64,000 nt of DNA from an uncultured Pseudomonadales bacterium (lineage in GTDB: Bacteria; Patescibacteriota; Microgenomatia; UBA1400; Chazhemtobacteraceae), in NCBI GenBank assembly GCA_964422035.1, contig CAYQZQ010000001.1, positions 249,013-313,012 of the forward strand, written 5' to 3'. Position numbers and translations under genes: made by a program. Shown here in pieces: positions 20,552 to 30,268 of the stretch. Below the pieces are notes generated by a model, which was not told where the DNA came from, made no database searches, and saw only the letters and a program-made list of their open reading frames with translations. Position 1 is the stretch's first letter. Every line of letters starts with the position of its first letter.

Positions 20552-21747
20552 TTTTCTTCAACGGATTGCATGTCACCGGCGTGACGCAAAGCCAATGAGT
20601 GCCTTAATACACTAATTATAGTAAATGGAACTAGCGATATGGCAAAAATAACACCTTCTAGTGCTCCAGGGTCTTTTAAGCTGACATTTAAAAATATTAG
20701 GACAAGGATGGGGATCAAGCGTCCAAAGCTTTGATAAATCTGAGAGAAAATGCCGTATTCAACAACAAGATCTTCGTTTAAAGAATCAAGAGAGGAGATT
20801 TGGCTGTTAATTGGATTGATGGTTAAACTGAAAGTGGTATTAAGAAGAGTGTAAGTAGTGGCAAACAGAATTAAACCGGTGAGATTAAACTGAGAAGCAA
20901 AGGCAATACTGCCGGCTGTAAAGGCCACTGCGCCGAAAGCAAGTAAAACCAAAGATTGTTCTTGATCAAAAAGATATTGATAAATTATCCCCAACAAGAA
21001 CGAGAAAGCACCAAGAGCAAAGGTAAATATTCCCCACCCTCTTAAACCACCTACTAAGAAAAAGATAATGATATTTAATAGCGAGAAGAAAAAGCCGTCT
21101 TTAATTCCCATAAGAAAGTGCGCTTTAGCAAGAATAGGTTTTTCAGGATTGGTTTTTCTTGTAGGTAAAAGTGCTGCCTTAAGATTAAACTTAAAATCTG
21201 TTGAAGGAAAGGGGGCAAGAATGGTGAATATAGAGAGAATTATCAGTGAGATTAGACCGAGCCTGAATATCAAACCAAATGAGTTGTAACTTAAAGCAAT
21301 AAAGGCGAGTACGGGAGGCATGGCAACTTTAACCAATGAGCTGATGGATGAGAATCGACCAATGTCTGCTTCTGTACGGGACAGCTTAGTTTGCAGAAAA
21401 TCAGCCACAGTTAACAAGCTACCCAAAGAGACACCTTTTATTAGGCCTAAAAGAAAAGGCTGGGCTACTATAAGGTCTTGAGTGAAGATTAAGACAAGGA
21501 CAAAACTAATTGAAAAGAATATGGCTAGTAAGTAGCTGATTTTGGGACCGATGTATTCAATTAACCAAGCGATGATAAAAGCCATGAGGGGCAAGGTTAT
21601 AAAGGCACCAAGATTGTAGATGAGAATGGTGCGCAGTGATTGAGTCTGCTGCCAAAGAAAAAGATCAACAAAAGCACCAGAGGCTACCGTAGATAGATGA
21701 AAAAAGAAGTTATGTAACAGCCAAACGGGGGTTATTGTGGCAAACAT
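20548..21747 (-). CDS. Polytopic membrane protein (about 12 TM; transporter/flippase-like)
   Basis: 399 aa and uniformly hydrophobic. No catalytic motifs recognised. Confidence 0.45.
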   Translation of the reverse strand: MFATITPVWLLHNFFFHLSTVASGAFVDLFLWQQTQSLRTILIYNLGAFITLPLMAFIIAWLIEYIGPKISYLLAIFFSISFVLVLIFTQDLIVAQPFLLGLIKGVSLGSLLTVADFLQTKLSRTEADIGRFSSISSLVKVAMPPVLAFIALSYNSFGLIFRLGLISLIILSIFTILAPFPSTDFKFNLKAALLPTRKTNPEKPILAKAHFLMGIKDGFFFSLLNIIIFFLVGGLRGWGIFTFALGAFSFLLGIIYQYLFDQEQSLVLLAFGAVAFTAGSIAFASQFNLTGLILFATTYTLLNTTFSLTINPINSQISSLDSLNEDLVVEYGIFSQIYQSFGRLIPILVLIFLNVSLKDPGALEGVIFAISLVPFTIISVLRHSLALRHAGDMQSVEEK

Positions 21748-21759
21748 GGGACTAGTATA

Positions 21760-22497
21760 TCAGTTGGAAAGTGTGTAAAGCTTAACTTGAACTACCTGGT
21801 GATAAATAGCTTGCAAGATACTTAAAAACAAACCGTGCAAGCCGTCTAGGAAACCCAGTTTGTAAAAGTAGCGCTTGGAAAAATCCATAACCGGATCTAT
21901 AAAAAAACAGAACAAAGAGAATCTTTCCCCATTTTGATGTAGTCTTTGAGCTTGCAGGGTGGAATAATGATTTAGTTTGCGTATATATTCAGACACAGTG
22001 CTGTAATTGTAGTGAATTAAATAGTTATCAAGTGATTCTGGTTTTACGTTGGTTATAAACTGCTCGTGCACTTGTGCTTGCCATTTGCCCAGACTCTTGT
22101 GATAAAGCCTAATATGGTTATCATCTCTTGGTCCCCAATCTGTGTGTAGAATCGGCTTGCCCCAGATGATATTTATTCGACCGATTTTGTAAGCGGCTGG
22201 TTTACTAGGCAAACTAGCTATCTCTTCAGCGAGACTTGAGGGCACTTGAACGTCTGCATCGACCGAGAGAATCCACTGATTATCTGCCTTTTGGTCAGCA
22301 AAGTTTCTGGTATCAGCAAAGTTTTTAAATTGGTGATGGACAACGTCTGCGCCGTAGCTTTTAGCTATTTCAACTGTTTTGTCTTCAGAGCCGGAGTCAA
22401 CAATTAACACTTGGTCAGCAAAATCTAGTGAATCAAGAAGTCTGGGTAGGTTTTCTTGTTCATTATATGTTGGCACTGCCACTGTAATTTTTTTCAT
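21760..22497 (-). CDS. GT2-family glycosyltransferase
   Basis: ITVAVPTYNEQENLPRLLDSL...VDSGSEDKTVEIA. Confidence 0.8.
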   Translation of the reverse strand: MKKITVAVPTYNEQENLPRLLDSLDFADQVLIVDSGSEDKTVEIAKSYGADVVHHQFKNFADTRNFADQKADNQWILSVDADVQVPSSLAEEIASLPSKPAAYKIGRINIIWGKPILHTDWGPRDDNHIRLYHKSLGKWQAQVHEQFITNVKPESLDNYLIHYNYSTVSEYIRKLNHYSTLQAQRLHQNGERFSLFCFFIDPVMDFSKRYFYKLGFLDGLHGLFLSILQAIYHQVVQVKLYTLSN

Positions 22498-23522
22498 AAG
22501 TTTGTGAATAATTCTATGTACTCTTCAGCTATTTTATCCCAGTCAAATTTTTTAGCTTGTTTTCTGGGTAGATTTCTCCAGTTTTTTTCCAGTGCGGATC
22601 TGAGTAACCTGGCATACCTATCGGTATCTGAAGGATCATCTATATATAAGCCTGCGGGTCCTACGATTTCGTGTCTTGAAAAGTCATCGGTGGCAACCAC
22701 AGGCAGACCAGAGGCAAGGGCCTCAAGATAGACGATGCCAAAAGCCTCACTTGATTGTGATACTAAAGTAAACAGATCGGCAGATCTGTAGTATTTAGGC
22801 ATTTGATTGTGCGACGTGGTAGTGTGAAGGTAGCGTTTTTCTCCCAACAGTCTTTGAGCTAAATTATCCAAGTGTTCATCAAGTGGGCCTTTTCCTAAAA
22901 ATAATAACGAACCTTTTTTTAACTGTGAGACTGCTTTTATTGTCTCCCCTACCCTTTTGTATTTTTGTGAAGCGGCTACACAGATAATAATTGGACGTTC
23001 TAGTTTAAGCTTGACTGTCCTGCCCTCAAGTGAAAACTTTTTTAGATCAACTCCGTTGGGAATAGTGCTAAAGTACTGGTTTTTATATATAGAAGCTTTT
23101 TTGGCCCAGGACAGTTGACTTTGGGTGAGACAAACAAAGGCGTTTGGTTTCCAGAGAAGATTCCAGCGATCATCCCAGCCAGGCCCGGATTGTCCAACTA
23201 GAACTAGACTTTTACCCTTTAACCAGGTCCATATGCGTAGAATCGCTGTTTGCCAGCCATTGTTTAGTCCCAGTACAATGTCGGGGTTAAATTTAGCTAA
23301 ACGAGGAAGAACTGAAAATGTCCAGCGACATATTTTTAGACTGGCTTTATCCAAAAAGAAGCGTCGAAGTATAGTTAAAGTAGATTTTCCAACTTGAGCA
23401 TCATCTGGACCTGATAAAACCAGAACTTGATGATCGACTAGACGACCAGACAGCTGGTCGACATAGGTTTCCAGGCCTCTGTCTACTGCCTCTTGATAGT
23501 AGTTTAAGAATGCTATTTTCAT
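22494..23522 (-). CDS. GT4-family glycosyltransferase
   Basis: EAFGIVYLEALASGLPVVATDDFSRHEIVGPAGLYIDDP. Confidence 0.8.
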   Translation of the reverse strand: MKIAFLNYYQEAVDRGLETYVDQLSGRLVDHQVLVLSGPDDAQVGKSTLTILRRFFLDKASLKICRWTFSVLPRLAKFNPDIVLGLNNGWQTAILRIWTWLKGKSLVLVGQSGPGWDDRWNLLWKPNAFVCLTQSQLSWAKKASIYKNQYFSTIPNGVDLKKFSLEGRTVKLKLERPIIICVAASQKYKRVGETIKAVSQLKKGSLLFLGKGPLDEHLDNLAQRLLGEKRYLHTTTSHNQMPKYYRSADLFTLVSQSSEAFGIVYLEALASGLPVVATDDFSRHEIVGPAGLYIDDPSDTDRYARLLRSALEKNWRNLPRKQAKKFDWDKIAEEYIELFTNL

Positions 23523-23544
23523 AGATTAAGTATACAAGTGAAGA

Positions 23545-24387
23545 TTAGTAGCCCCTAGTGGGTGGAAACAACGATCTTTTTAGGCGGCGCAGAGGTGTTA
23601 GCAGTGCAGCAATTATCCAGAAAGATAGGGGGGCTTTGGGGGTAACATCAGGAACTTGAGGAGGTTTGTTTTCAAAAAAGACTTGAGGAATATCTTGATC
23701 GGGTATTTTTTCTCCCAGCTCGTATTTGTATTTACCAGGCCTTTTGATTACTTTTTTGTCCTCTACCCTACTTGAAGATCTTTGCAGATGAGTGGCGTGA
23801 TGATAGAAAAGGTCAAAGAATTTAATTTTCTGAGGATTTCTGTCCTGCACCAGAGTGCCGTTTTTATCAAAATATCCTTGCTGCCCATGAGGGCGGGAGA
23901 CGTTAAGGCCAGGAATTGTTTTTAAATTCATAAAGCGTAAACTTAGGTGTCCCTGCCTCCCGGCTAGTGAATAGTTGCCGGCGGACTCAGGTAAACGATG
24001 ATAAATATCACCTACCAAGTTATGAGTTCTCAGGACAATTGATTCGTAGTCGGGGCTGTTGACAGCAAAATCAGTAATTTTTTTAAGAGTATCGTGCGGC
24101 CAGACTTCGTCACCATCTAAAAGCATCAACCAGGTGTATTTTTCAGGAGTCTTTTCTAGCATTTGGTTGCGCATTTGGGTGAAAGTATGGGGGTCAACAG
24201 ATTCTTTTTGCTGAAAATCGATTTTGTCGGACTTGATTGACTTGATTATTTCTACGGTTTTATCAGTTGAGCCGGTGTCCCAAACCATAATCTTGTCTAC
24301 AAAAGGCAGGACTGATTTAAGAGAGTAGTAGATGAATCTTTCTTCGTTTTTAACCAGTGAGTGGGCAATAATTTGAGTCTTGTCCAT
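23545..24387 (-). CDS. GT-A fold glycosyltransferase (GT2-like)
   Basis: IIAHSLVKNEERFI...MVWDTGSTDKTVEII, with DxD in LLDGDEVW. Confidence 0.65.
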   Translation of the reverse strand: MDKTQIIAHSLVKNEERFIYYSLKSVLPFVDKIMVWDTGSTDKTVEIIKSIKSDKIDFQQKESVDPHTFTQMRNQMLEKTPEKYTWLMLLDGDEVWPHDTLKKITDFAVNSPDYESIVLRTHNLVGDIYHRLPESAGNYSLAGRQGHLSLRFMNLKTIPGLNVSRPHGQQGYFDKNGTLVQDRNPQKIKFFDLFYHHATHLQRSSSRVEDKKVIKRPGKYKYELGEKIPDQDIPQVFFENKPPQVPDVTPKAPLSFWIIAALLTPLRRLKRSLFPPTRGY

Positions 24388-24459
24388 ATATGTATTTTAC
24401 ACATACTGTTAAATTTATCTGGCAGAAAAGGGGTTTGTAAATTACTATTTGTAACTGAT

Positions 24460-26352
24460 ATGATGGGAGTGATGAGCTTAGTAACACTGGCTATTTCAGT
24501 AATTTTGGCAACATTAATAGGAATCCAGCAGATGATGCCTTCTTTTACATATGGATTGATTAATCTGGAAGGAATTATGCCCGCATGGAGAGGAGTTGTG
24601 TTTGTAACCATCAGTATCTGGATTGGTGGATTGTTGATCTGGTTGTTGTTATGGCAGATTGGGAAAATGGTTTCAAAGAAAATTAATGTTTTGGAAGAGA
24701 TAATGACCAATCAAAGAGTTGTTGATCTAATGATGTTTGGAGTTTTTCTTAGTTTGGGGATGTTTCTTTTTATATTAGAAAAGGTGCCTTTGTTTGCCAC
24801 ACCCTATCCCCTACTTGCATATGGGGTAACCATCTTGATGATTGGGTCGTTTAACCTTGTGGTTGGCTTGATGATATATGGAAGTTTAGAGTTCTATAAA
24901 AAATGGATAGACAAAATTAAGTTCACAGACGTGGTGGCAAAAAGCTTGGCTGGTTTGTTGGTGGTTTTTTGGTTAGTGATGCTGGTACCTGTGGTGGTAG
25001 CCAGAATGGGATTGAGAACTAGAAACTCCGATCTGAAAAACGTAGTTTTGATAACATCTGATACTTTAAGAGGTGACAGATTCTCCCCAGAGTACATGCC
25101 AGAGACTTATCAGTGGTTTGAGGACAAGGGAATTATTTTCAAGCAAGCATATTCGACGTCGCCTTGGACAACTCCTTCTTTTGCTTCGATGATGACTGGC
25201 AGGTATCCAGCGGAATTGGGGGCTGATCAGAATGTGGCTTGGGTGCGAGAAAACTTAATTATTTTACCTGAAATTGAAACCATGGCTGAAAAGTTTCAAG
25301 ACAAAGATTACTATACAGCAGCTATCTTGACTAATACTTGGCTGCAAGAAGAAAGAGGATTTGATCAGGGCTTTGATTACTTTGAAAATATTGAAATTCC
25401 AGATGTCTATCATTGGGGAATGACTGTGAAGGATTCGGGATGGCACAAAGTAATCGAAGAACTTGGAATAAAGAAAGTAACCAGGCTGGGTTTTGAGTAT
25501 TTTGTGGGGACAACGAGCGAAGAAAATGATTTTAGAGCAAATGCTGACATGGTTAGCAGGGAAGCAATCTGGAAATTAAAAGAATTACCTGAACCGTTTT
25601 TTATGTGGGTACACTATGTTGATCCTCACGCTCCATACGAGCCACCACAAGAAATGGGGCCTGATCTTTCAAAGTTATCTGAAAAATTAAGATTCAGTGT
25701 TGTTCGAGGTGATCTTGTACCCGAGCAAAAGCACCTAAGACCAACTGTGGTTGAGTTATACGATGGAGAGGTGCGATATCACGACAAAGAAATAGCTAAA
25801 ATCTTAAGATTTCTTGATAAAAGAGGGTTGAGTAAAAAGACTGCTGTAGTATTTACAGCCGACCACGGAGAACAGCTTTATGAAAATGATGTCATAGGAC
25901 ATGGGCTGTCATTGCGTAGAGAAGAAATTAATGTGCCCTTAGGCGTTTATCCAAAATTTCCAGTAGAGCAAGAAGTTGTTGATAACGAAGAAGTAAGCCT
26001 ACATTTACTTGGAGATTGGTTGCTAAAAATGGGAGAAAACAAAGCTGAGGAATGGTTGGCAGAAGAAATTGACAGGTCGGTATTTGCTGAAGGATTAAAT
26101 CGGGGAAATGAAAAGAAGGGCATTGTTGAAGGAGGGTGGAAATTGGTGTGGGAAGATAATAAAGATACAAATACCTGGGTTAGATCAGAAAATGATGAAG
26201 AAGTAATGTTACCTTACTATTACCCTACCCAAGCTAAAGACATGCAAAGTAAATTAGAAAGCTGGAGAGAAAGTAATCTTGAAGATAAAGAAAATTATTC
26301 TAAGAAATTGGAAAGACAGGATCTTATGCTAGAGGGAGCTGCTGGTTATTAA
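24460..26352 (+). CDS. Membrane-anchored alkaline-phosphatase/sulfatase-fold enzyme, Thr-nucleophile type (LtaS/EptA/OpgB-like phosphotransferase candidate), paralog A
   Basis: About 5 N-terminal TM helices. The catalytic-domain motifs are VVLITSDTLRGDRF, SPWTTPSFASMMTGRYP (T where type I sulfatases have the C of CxPxR, and no R), FFMWVHYVDPHAPYEPP and FTADHGEQ. The start was chosen at MMGVMSL (24460) by alignment with the paralogs. The track ORF starts at 24361 and overlaps the divergent upstream gene. Confidence 0.75.
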   Translation: MMGVMSLVTLAISVILATLIGIQQMMPSFTYGLINLEGIMPAWRGVVFVTISIWIGGLLIWLLLWQIGKMVSKKINVLEEIMTNQRVVDLMMFGVFLSLGMFLFILEKVPLFATPYPLLAYGVTILMIGSFNLVVGLMIYGSLEFYKKWIDKIKFTDVVAKSLAGLLVVFWLVMLVPVVVARMGLRTRNSDLKNVVLITSDTLRGDRFSPEYMPETYQWFEDKGIIFKQAYSTSPWTTPSFASMMTGRYPAELGADQNVAWVRENLIILPEIETMAEKFQDKDYYTAAILTNTWLQEERGFDQGFDYFENIEIPDVYHWGMTVKDSGWHKVIEELGIKKVTRLGFEYFVGTTSEENDFRANADMVSREAIWKLKELPEPFFMWVHYVDPHAPYEPPQEMGPDLSKLSEKLRFSVVRGDLVPEQKHLRPTVVELYDGEVRYHDKEIAKILRFLDKRGLSKKTAVVFTADHGEQLYENDVIGHGLSLRREEINVPLGVYPKFPVEQEVVDNEEVSLHLLGDWLLKMGENKAEEWLAEEIDRSVFAEGLNRGNEKKGIVEGGWKLVWEDNKDTNTWVRSENDEEVMLPYYYPTQAKDMQSKLESWRESNLEDKENYSKKLERQDLMLEGAAGY

Positions 26353-26404
26353 TGATCATGAATATATTAACAATCCTTGATTTTAAGGAAGATAATTAAC
26401 TGAT

Positions 26405-28282
26405 ATGCTAATAGAGATGAACTTAGTAGCACTGGCTATTTCAATAACTTTGGCAACACTAATAGGTATCCAGCAGATGATGCCTTCTTTTACCTTTGGG
26501 TTGGCTAGTAGTCAATACCTGTTGCCAGCTTGGAGGGGAGTAGCAGTAGTAAGTGTTTTTATCTGGTTGGCGGGAGTGATCATTTTTATAGCAATAAAGG
26601 AAAGTTTTTTACTGACAACCAAGAAGGTTAAGTTTTTGGCAGAAATCAAGCTGAGTGAACAACTGAAGAGTATTTTGATGTTGGGAATATTTTTAAGTCT
26701 GGGAATGTTTTTGTTTATTAGCGAGAAAGTGCCTATATTTGCAGCGCCCTATCCGCTACTGGCTTATGGAGTGACGATTTTGGCGATTGGTCTTTTTAAT
26801 ACTGTTTTGGGCCTGATGGTCTACGCAAGTTTAGAGTTTTACAAAAAATGGCTCAATAAAATCAACTGGCAGATACCGGCAAAGGTGATGGCAGGAGCAA
26901 TATTGTTTTTCTGGATGGGACTACTGCTACCAGTAGTAGTTAAGAGGGTAGGAATTAGAGCCAAGACAAACGACAAGAAGAATGTGGTCGTAATCACCTC
27001 AGACGCTTTAAGAGGTGATAGGTTTAACACTGAGTACATGCCAGAAACTTACAGCTGGTTTGAAAATAAGGGAGTAATATTTGAAAATGCTTACGTACCA
27101 GCGCCTTGGACGGTGGCTTCATTTACAAGCATGATGAGTGGTAAGTATCCATCTCAGCTGGGAGCTGACAGAGGAGTAACTTGGATTAGAGAGAATTTGA
27201 TTTTATTACCAGAACTGGAATTGATAGCAGAAAGATTTCAGGATGAAGATTATTACACTGCAGCAGTATTAACAAACACTTGGTTGACTGAAGAGAGAGG
27301 GTTTGATCAAGGTTTTGATTATTTTGAAAATATTGAAAAACCAGATCTATATCATTGGGGAATGACAGTGAAAGATTCGGGATGGTTTAAGGTATTAGAA
27401 CAGTTAGGAGTAGACAAGAAAGTAAGACTGGTATACGAGTATTTTGTGGGAGCCACCAGTGAAGAGAATGACTTTAAAGCAAATGCTGACATGGTAAGCA
27501 GAGCGGCGATTTCAAAAATCAAGGAGTTACCGGAACCCTTTTTTATCTGGATTCATTATGTTGATCCCCATGATCCTTATGAACCACCGGTAGAACTGGG
27601 ACCTGATATCTCACAACTCTCAGAGGAAAAAAGACAGGATATTGTCAGTGGTAATCTAAATGAAAATGAAAAAGATCTAATAGAAATAATGATAGGGCTT
27701 TACGACGGGGAGGTAAGGTATCACGACAAAGAAATTGTCAAGATATTAAACTTTCTGGACAGAAGAGGGTTAAGCAAAAGAACAACGGTAGTGTTTTCAT
27801 CGGATCACGGCGAGGAATTAAATGAAGTAGGAGAGATTGGGCACGGACTATCTTTACGCGAGGAAGAAGTAAATATTCCCTTGGCTATATACCCCAGAGT
27901 AACCGAGGAATCTCTAATAAATGATGAAGTAAATCTGTGGAACATAGGAGATTTGTTGTTGGAGCTTGGTGATGGCAAAATAGACGAGTGGTTATCTAGT
28001 CAAAATGAAGGAGAAGTATTTTTAGAAAGCTTAAGTTACGGTAGTGAGAGAAAGGCAATAGTTAGTAATGGGAAAAAACTAGTCAGATTTATGGAGGAAG
28101 GAAGATACGAATTAAAAGATCTGAGAGGAGATGAATCTATAGCTCTCCCCTACTCGGCTCTAGCAAGAGAGTTGCAAGTTAAGTTAGACAACTGGATTGA
28201 AGGCAATCTAGAAGAAAGAGAAGAATACTCCAAAAAAATGGAAAGGCAAGATCTTATGCTTGAAGGAGCTGCAGGTTATTAA
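26405..28282 (+). CDS. Same family, paralog B
   Basis: VVVITSDALRGDRF, APWTVASFTSMMSGKYP, FFIWIHYVDPHDPYEPP, FSSDHGEE. The C-terminus MERQDLMLEGAAGY is nearly identical to that of paralog A. Confidence 0.75.
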   Translation: MLIEMNLVALAISITLATLIGIQQMMPSFTFGLASSQYLLPAWRGVAVVSVFIWLAGVIIFIAIKESFLLTTKKVKFLAEIKLSEQLKSILMLGIFLSLGMFLFISEKVPIFAAPYPLLAYGVTILAIGLFNTVLGLMVYASLEFYKKWLNKINWQIPAKVMAGAILFFWMGLLLPVVVKRVGIRAKTNDKKNVVVITSDALRGDRFNTEYMPETYSWFENKGVIFENAYVPAPWTVASFTSMMSGKYPSQLGADRGVTWIRENLILLPELELIAERFQDEDYYTAAVLTNTWLTEERGFDQGFDYFENIEKPDLYHWGMTVKDSGWFKVLEQLGVDKKVRLVYEYFVGATSEENDFKANADMVSRAAISKIKELPEPFFIWIHYVDPHDPYEPPVELGPDISQLSEEKRQDIVSGNLNENEKDLIEIMIGLYDGEVRYHDKEIVKILNFLDRRGLSKRTTVVFSSDHGEELNEVGEIGHGLSLREEEVNIPLAIYPRVTEESLINDEVNLWNIGDLLLELGDGKIDEWLSSQNEGEVFLESLSYGSERKAIVSNGKKLVRFMEEGRYELKDLRGDESIALPYSALARELQVKLDNWIEGNLEEREEYSKKMERQDLMLEGAAGY

Positions 28283-28382
28283 GCAATCTTTGATTATTTC
28301 TATAATTTAATTAAATCTATAGCGAAGTAAAAAGACACAGAGAGAGCTTTGGGCCTTTTTGGCAAACCGATGGGTAACTGAT

Positions 28383-30266
28383 ATGCTAGAAGTGATGAAT
28401 TTGTCTACACTATCTATCTCATTTATCTTGGGAGCCCTAATAGGCACCCAACAAACTTTAAAGACCTTGATTTATGGCTTGAGTAATAGAGAAGATTTAT
28501 TGGTTTCTCTAAGGGGCTCGATTATAGTGACGATAACTATCTGGTTGATCGGCTTTTTAATCTGCGGTGTTCTCAAAAGCTTGATCAAGATATTGAGCGA
28601 CAAAAACAAAAAAATTAGCGAACTGAATAAGGATAGAAGATTTAACGATCTGGTAATGGCAGGAGTATTTTTGAGCATTGGTATGTTTTTGTTTGCTGCC
28701 GAGAGAGTGCCACTGTTTGCCACCCCATATCCCCTATTGGCTTATAGCGGATTGGTTATGATCGTTGTCTTGATAAGTACTGTCATGGGTTTAATGGTTT
28801 ATGCTAGCTTGGATTACTACAAAAAATGGATTAATAAAATAAATTGGAATATTTGGATAAATGCTTTGGGAGGAGTAGTGTTGGTATTTTGGATAGGAGT
28901 AACTACACCTCTTTTGATTAAGAGGTTGGGACTGAGAATTCGAAGAACTGATAAAACAAATGTTGTATTGATTACTTCAGACACACTGAGAGGAGACAGA
29001 TTTACTGCTGAATACATGCCAGAAACATATGAGTGGTTTAGTAAAGGAACCATCTTTGAAAGAGCATATTCCACTTCTCCTTGGACAGTGCCCTCTTTTG
29101 CAAGCATGATGACCGGCAAGTATTCGGGTGAGTTGAGTGCAGACAATTTTCAATGGTGGATTGATGACAATTTTTTATTATTACCTAAGGAAGAAACATT
29201 GGCAGAGAAATTTCAAGATCGCGGCTATAGTACAACAGCAGTGTTGACAAATGGTTATTTAGTAGAAGACAGGGGGTTTGACCAGGGATTTGATGTCTAT
29301 GAAAATGTGGAGTTTACAAAGAGCTATCATTGGAGGCCAGCAATGAAAGAAACAGGATTGTATATAACCCTGGAACAACTTGGCCTGGAGAACCAGATGA
29401 GAAAAGTGTATGAATATTTTGTGGGCATGACTGAAGAGAGCGATGAGCTGATAGCTGACGCTGAGATGGTGAGTAGCGAAGCTATTCGCCAAATACAAGG
29501 GTTAAAGGAGCCATTCTTTGTCTGGATTCACTACTATGACGCTCACGGTATATATAATCCACCAGAAGGATATGGGCCAGATATTTCTAATTTATCTGAT
29601 GATTTGAAAAAAGCTGTGATGTCAGGTGATATTGACAAAGACAACTTGGAACTCAGAGAAGTAGTGATTGGCTTATACGACGGAGAAGTGCGTTATCACG
29701 ATAAGGAAATTGCACGAGTGTTAAGATTTCTAGACAGAAGAGGGCTAAGCAAACGTACAGCGGTGGTATTTACAGCAGATCATGGTGAACAGTTTTGGGA
29801 AGGAGGTCAGTACGGACACGGGTTTAGCTTGCGTAATGAAGAGATTAGGGTGCCTTTGGCAGTATCCTCAATCTTTGATTTTGATAATCAAATAGCAGAA
29901 AATAACGAAGTGAGCTTATATCTTTTAGGAGATTGGCTGCTAGATATGGCAGAAGGAGATCCCGATCACTGGTTAGAAGAAGAGTTGAGCAGGTCGGTGT
30001 TCGCTGAGGGTTTGAGAAGTGGAGTAGAAAAGAAAGGAATAGTAAATGAAGAGTGGAAACTGGTGTGGGAGATAGAAAATAACAATACAAGCTTGAAAAA
30101 CGCCTTTAATGATGAATCATACAGAGGTTATATGTATCCAAGCATAAGCGGTACTCTTGAGTCAGAACTTAGATCATGGAATGAAAATAATGAGGAAGCA
30201 GGGGGAAACTACCGTAAAGCTTTGGAGAGAGTTGATGTTAATTTACCAGAAGTTTCTGGTTACTGA
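28383..30266 (+). CDS. Same family, paralog C
   Basis: VVLITSDTLRGDRF, SPWTVPSFASMMTGKYS, FFVWIHYYDAHGIYNPP, FTADHGEQ. Start chosen at MLEVMNLS (28383). The track ORF begins at an upstream TTG (28359). Confidence 0.7.
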   Translation: MLEVMNLSTLSISFILGALIGTQQTLKTLIYGLSNREDLLVSLRGSIIVTITIWLIGFLICGVLKSLIKILSDKNKKISELNKDRRFNDLVMAGVFLSIGMFLFAAERVPLFATPYPLLAYSGLVMIVVLISTVMGLMVYASLDYYKKWINKINWNIWINALGGVVLVFWIGVTTPLLIKRLGLRIRRTDKTNVVLITSDTLRGDRFTAEYMPETYEWFSKGTIFERAYSTSPWTVPSFASMMTGKYSGELSADNFQWWIDDNFLLLPKEETLAEKFQDRGYSTTAVLTNGYLVEDRGFDQGFDVYENVEFTKSYHWRPAMKETGLYITLEQLGLENQMRKVYEYFVGMTEESDELIADAEMVSSEAIRQIQGLKEPFFVWIHYYDAHGIYNPPEGYGPDISNLSDDLKKAVMSGDIDKDNLELREVVIGLYDGEVRYHDKEIARVLRFLDRRGLSKRTAVVFTADHGEQFWEGGQYGHGFSLRNEEIRVPLAVSSIFDFDNQIAENNEVSLYLLGDWLLDMAEGDPDHWLEEELSRSVFAEGLRSGVEKKGIVNEEWKLVWEIENNNTSLKNAFNDESYRGYMYPSISGTLESELRSWNENNEEAGGNYRKALERVDVNLPEVSGY

Positions 30267-30268
30267 AT

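Noticed and set aside
24361-24459. Upstream extension of paralog A to the ATG at 24361 (the track ORF start).
   Set aside because: The extension overlaps the 5' end of the divergent minus-strand GT2 gene (to 24387). It has no counterpart in paralogs B-D. The conserved taactgatATG start context and the M-x-x-x-M-N/S-L alignment place the start at 24460.
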